Virus record (IMG/VR): IMGVR_UViG_3300037225_000134
Location: 1-61,939 of that record
DNA length: 61,939 nucleotides
DNA from: a virus
Lineage: Duplodnaviria > Caudoviricetes
Reading direction: 5' to 3' (one strand)
The notes below the pieces were generated by a model that saw only the letters and a list, made by a program, of their open reading frames with translations, did no database searches and was not told the DNA's origin. Position numbers and translations under genes: made by a program. This document shows positions 59,557 through 61,939 of the stretch, one piece after another (the first letter of the stretch is position 1; every line of letters begins with the position of its first letter).

Positions 59557-60186
59557 GTGGTAATATTATATTTATTTAGTAATAGGTGGTATATCATGGT
59601 ATCTAAGATATGTGGAACCTGCAAGAGGTTCATAGATCCTCCAGAGACATCTAAAGGGAGGGCTGACGTTGGAGCATGTCCCGATTTTGGATTAGTAAAT
59701 GAAAAAGATTGGTGCCAAGATTGGGAGCCTAAAGAGGTAGAATCAAATGCGATGGACCTGGCGAACACTGCTACTCATGAAGCAGGACATGCTGCGATGG
59801 TGTTAGAAGCCGAGGAATCAGGCTTAATTCCTGATATAGAACTAACAGAAGTTTTCATAACTGGAGTACCTGGAGTTACTTATGGTAGCACGCACTGGAC
59901 ATTTGCACGAAATCAAGCCGATGCTATTCAAATGGCAAAAATATCGTTCGCCGGAATGCTAGCCGTAAAGGTATTACTTCCTGAAGCAGATTGGAAAAGA
60001 GGTATCCGGTTGGATGTAGACCAAATTAGAGAGTTCATTGATATCGAGGATGAAGAGAAAGTTATTGCTGAAGTGGAAGAATACTTTAGGCAGGAAGATA
60101 ATGCTAACAGAGTTAGACGTATCGCTAAACTCCTCATAGATCGACGGAGTTTGAATGCCAAAGAAGTTAGAAAAATGGTGAGGTGA
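59557..60186 (+). CDS. Peptidase M41 (FtsH protease domain)-like Zn metalloprotease with N-terminal Cys cluster
   Basis: TATHEAGHA, AGMLA, RIAKLLIDRRSL; no AAA domain; true start probably MVSKIC. Confidence 0.7.
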   Translation: MVILYLFSNRWYIMVSKICGTCKRFIDPPETSKGRADVGACPDFGLVNEKDWCQDWEPKEVESNAMDLANTATHEAGHAAMVLEAEESGLIPDIELTEVFITGVPGVTYGSTHWTFARNQADAIQMAKISFAGMLAVKVLLPEADWKRGIRLDVDQIREFIDIEDEEKVIAEVEEYFRQEDNANRVRRIAKLLIDRRSLNAKEVRKMVR

Positions 60187-60728
60187 AAAACGGTGATCAG
60201 CATCTCGATTTTAGGTGGACACCCGAAAGACACTAAAAACAACCATCATAAGGTCAGAGAGTGGGCACCTGTTATCGATTTAAGAGGCAGAAGCCCAAGA
60301 GTATCGATAGAAGACAAGCAAGCAATTAAAAAATTACTGAAGGTGATAGTAAAATGTGCATAGGTATAGCGATTTTAAGAGTCATTCAACACGTTAACGA
60401 AATCGATGAGCAGAGAGCCACAATAACCAAAGAGCATCCTACATTTGATGCTACCTTTGATGACGGCTCAGTAGTGCCGGTTACTATCCAGCATTAATTA
60501 TATTTTTCTAATAATGATTGGTAATAAGTTTAGGTGGATGCTCTTAAGGATGCACTGAAGAGCCGACGACAAGCGAAAACCGCGAAGAGGCTCGCTAATC
60601 CACAGATTATTTTTTCTTAATTATAGGTGATTTATATGAGTGATTATGCAGGCGGATACCTGGCAAAGCTGGTATCGAAATATGTGAAATTGGAATAGGC
60701 TTAAATAGTATGAGGGCTGTAGTAAAAG

Positions 60729-61727
60729 GTGAGGTACAAAGACATGGCAGATTTTGGAAAAGCTGAAAATATTAAACCTGAGTTCGAGGCTTTAATTTCT
60801 CCATTAGCCCCGGAGGAGTATAGACTATTAACGGAAAGCATGTTAAAATACGGCCAAAGAGAACCTATTCTTACATGGCATGGATTCATAATCGATGGAC
60901 ACCACAGAAAAAAAATAGCTTCGGAGCATACTGATAAAATCACTCAACTTAAATACGAAGAATATGCACCTCTTATAAATGCATCAGATACCGAAGTTAA
61001 GATCTGGATGATTAAAAACCAGCTAGGAAGGCGGAATCTAACGCTAGACCAAAAGGTAATGAGGTATGCAGGAGAGTTAATAAAACTGGAATCGGAAGCA
61101 GCGGATGAAAGAAAGAAAGCTGGAGTAAAGATTGACCATGAGCTAGATGTAGCTCAGGGTCACAGAGCACCGGAAACCAGAGATATAGTAGCAAGCGTAT
61201 TTGGAGTAGGGCATAGTAAGATTGATGAGTGCAAACACGTTACAGAGGATGCACCTGCCTTAATACCAGATGTATTATCAGGCAAAACACCTCTCCATAC
61301 AGCGGCAAATATCGCCAAGAGGGTAAAGGATATAAAAGACCCTGAAGAAAAAGCTCTTAAAGTTCAAGAATATTCAACACCTGCAGGTAAGGCGCAGTTG
61401 AGAAAAGACAACAAAGAAGCAAAGGAAGCGAGAGATGCAGACAGCGCACGGAGAAGGCAAGCAGGAATAGACAACGCGGAAGTATCTGAGGTTAAAGATA
61501 AAAAGCAGGTAAGACTTGAGGCCCCGGAAGTAGAGAAAACGGAAGCAGAGCAGGAAAAAGACGACGCATTAGATGATCAAATCAACGCATTTATCACAAT
61601 CATGATACAAGACGGCTATGATATTAGAGACCTAGAATTTAGGTTTAATAAGATAATCAGAGCCGAGATAATTGACCAACAGAAGGCGGAAGCCATACCA
61701 AAGCTAAACGATGATGGCAGTAGTTAG
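60729..61727 (+). CDS. ParB/Srx-like domain protein
   Basis: PEFEALISPL...GQREPI...IIDGHHR...NQLGRRNL, followed by an HTH-like region. Confidence 0.8.
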   Translation: MRYKDMADFGKAENIKPEFEALISPLAPEEYRLLTESMLKYGQREPILTWHGFIIDGHHRKKIASEHTDKITQLKYEEYAPLINASDTEVKIWMIKNQLGRRNLTLDQKVMRYAGELIKLESEAADERKKAGVKIDHELDVAQGHRAPETRDIVASVFGVGHSKIDECKHVTEDAPALIPDVLSGKTPLHTAANIAKRVKDIKDPEEKALKVQEYSTPAGKAQLRKDNKEAKEARDADSARRRQAGIDNAEVSEVKDKKQVRLEAPEVEKTEAEQEKDDALDDQINAFITIMIQDGYDIRDLEFRFNKIIRAEIIDQQKAEAIPKLNDDGSS

Positions 61728-61939
61728 AGGTGAGCACAATGGGAAAAGGCAAAGGTTTCAAAATACCAGTAAGACACCCGGTAACTAAACAAGAAATTGC
61801 AGAAGCATATGAGGCAGGCAATCAGTTAATTAGTGAATACAAAGCTGATACCCAGAATATAGCGCCACATTACCCTTTACTTCAAAAAATGTATGATACA
61901 CAATTGGAGGAACGGCTCACATAAACAGAGTCGCGACTC

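Larger units (their letters stand above)
1..61939 (+). other. Archaeal tailed dsDNA virus genome (large part or near complete), siphovirus-like
   Basis: Co-oriented terminase-portal-MuF-protease-capsid-tail-tape measure cluster plus PolB, ThyA, NrdDG and ERF; archaeal TATA/BRE promoters; no cellular housekeeping genes and no integrase recognised. Confidence 0.93.

Noticed and set aside
60555-60578. Hammerhead-like CTGAAGA...CGAAA
   Set aside because: Stem II would be only 2 bp, and no stem III with a UH cleavage site can be formed
1-61939. CRISPR array, cas genes, integrase or rRNA
   Set aside because: No regularly spaced repeats or such genes recognised; the 51357 nuclease lacks the Cas4 Cys cluster and sits in an ERF module
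61928-61939. Terminal palindrome GAGTCGCGACTC and possible genome circularity
   Set aside because: No terminal repeat shared with the window start; could be chance or a contig-end artefact

Overview
The window reads as most of the genome of a tailed dsDNA virus (Caudoviricetes, siphovirus-like tail) of an archaeon. A methanogen of the Methanosarcinales/Methanotrichales type is my inferred host, from BRE/TATA promoters, GGTGA/GGAGG RBSs, a family B polymerase with a C-terminal PIP box, archaeal-type ThyA, an XPF/ERCC4 nuclease and an NrdD3-like anaerobic RNR. Almost all genes are on the + strand. Order: D5-like helicase, IS200/IS605 element, small Zn-finger genes, DNA MTase, PolB, ThyA, a second tnpB, tRNA-Leu, head module, tail module, recombination and nucleotide metabolism, ncRNA region, ParB-like gene. 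Most notable: (1) nrdD split into two translationally coupled ORFs by an HNH gene, with no room for an intron or intein; (2) an HNH core on the antisense strand inside an in-frame, Cys-bracketed insertion of the MTase; (3) a coupled amidinotransferase and soluble PSD-like decarboxylase pair inside the head module; (4) a promoter-led structured RNA region with a tRNA-like module carrying two T-loops, plus a second pseudoknotted ncRNA after polB; (5) two tnpB cassettes with intact right ends and no recognisable left ends; (6) a protein whose N-terminus copies that of the major capsid protein; (7) a CCCAAAC -1 frameshift in the tail chaperone. All calls come from motif reading by eye; no searches or folding programs were run.
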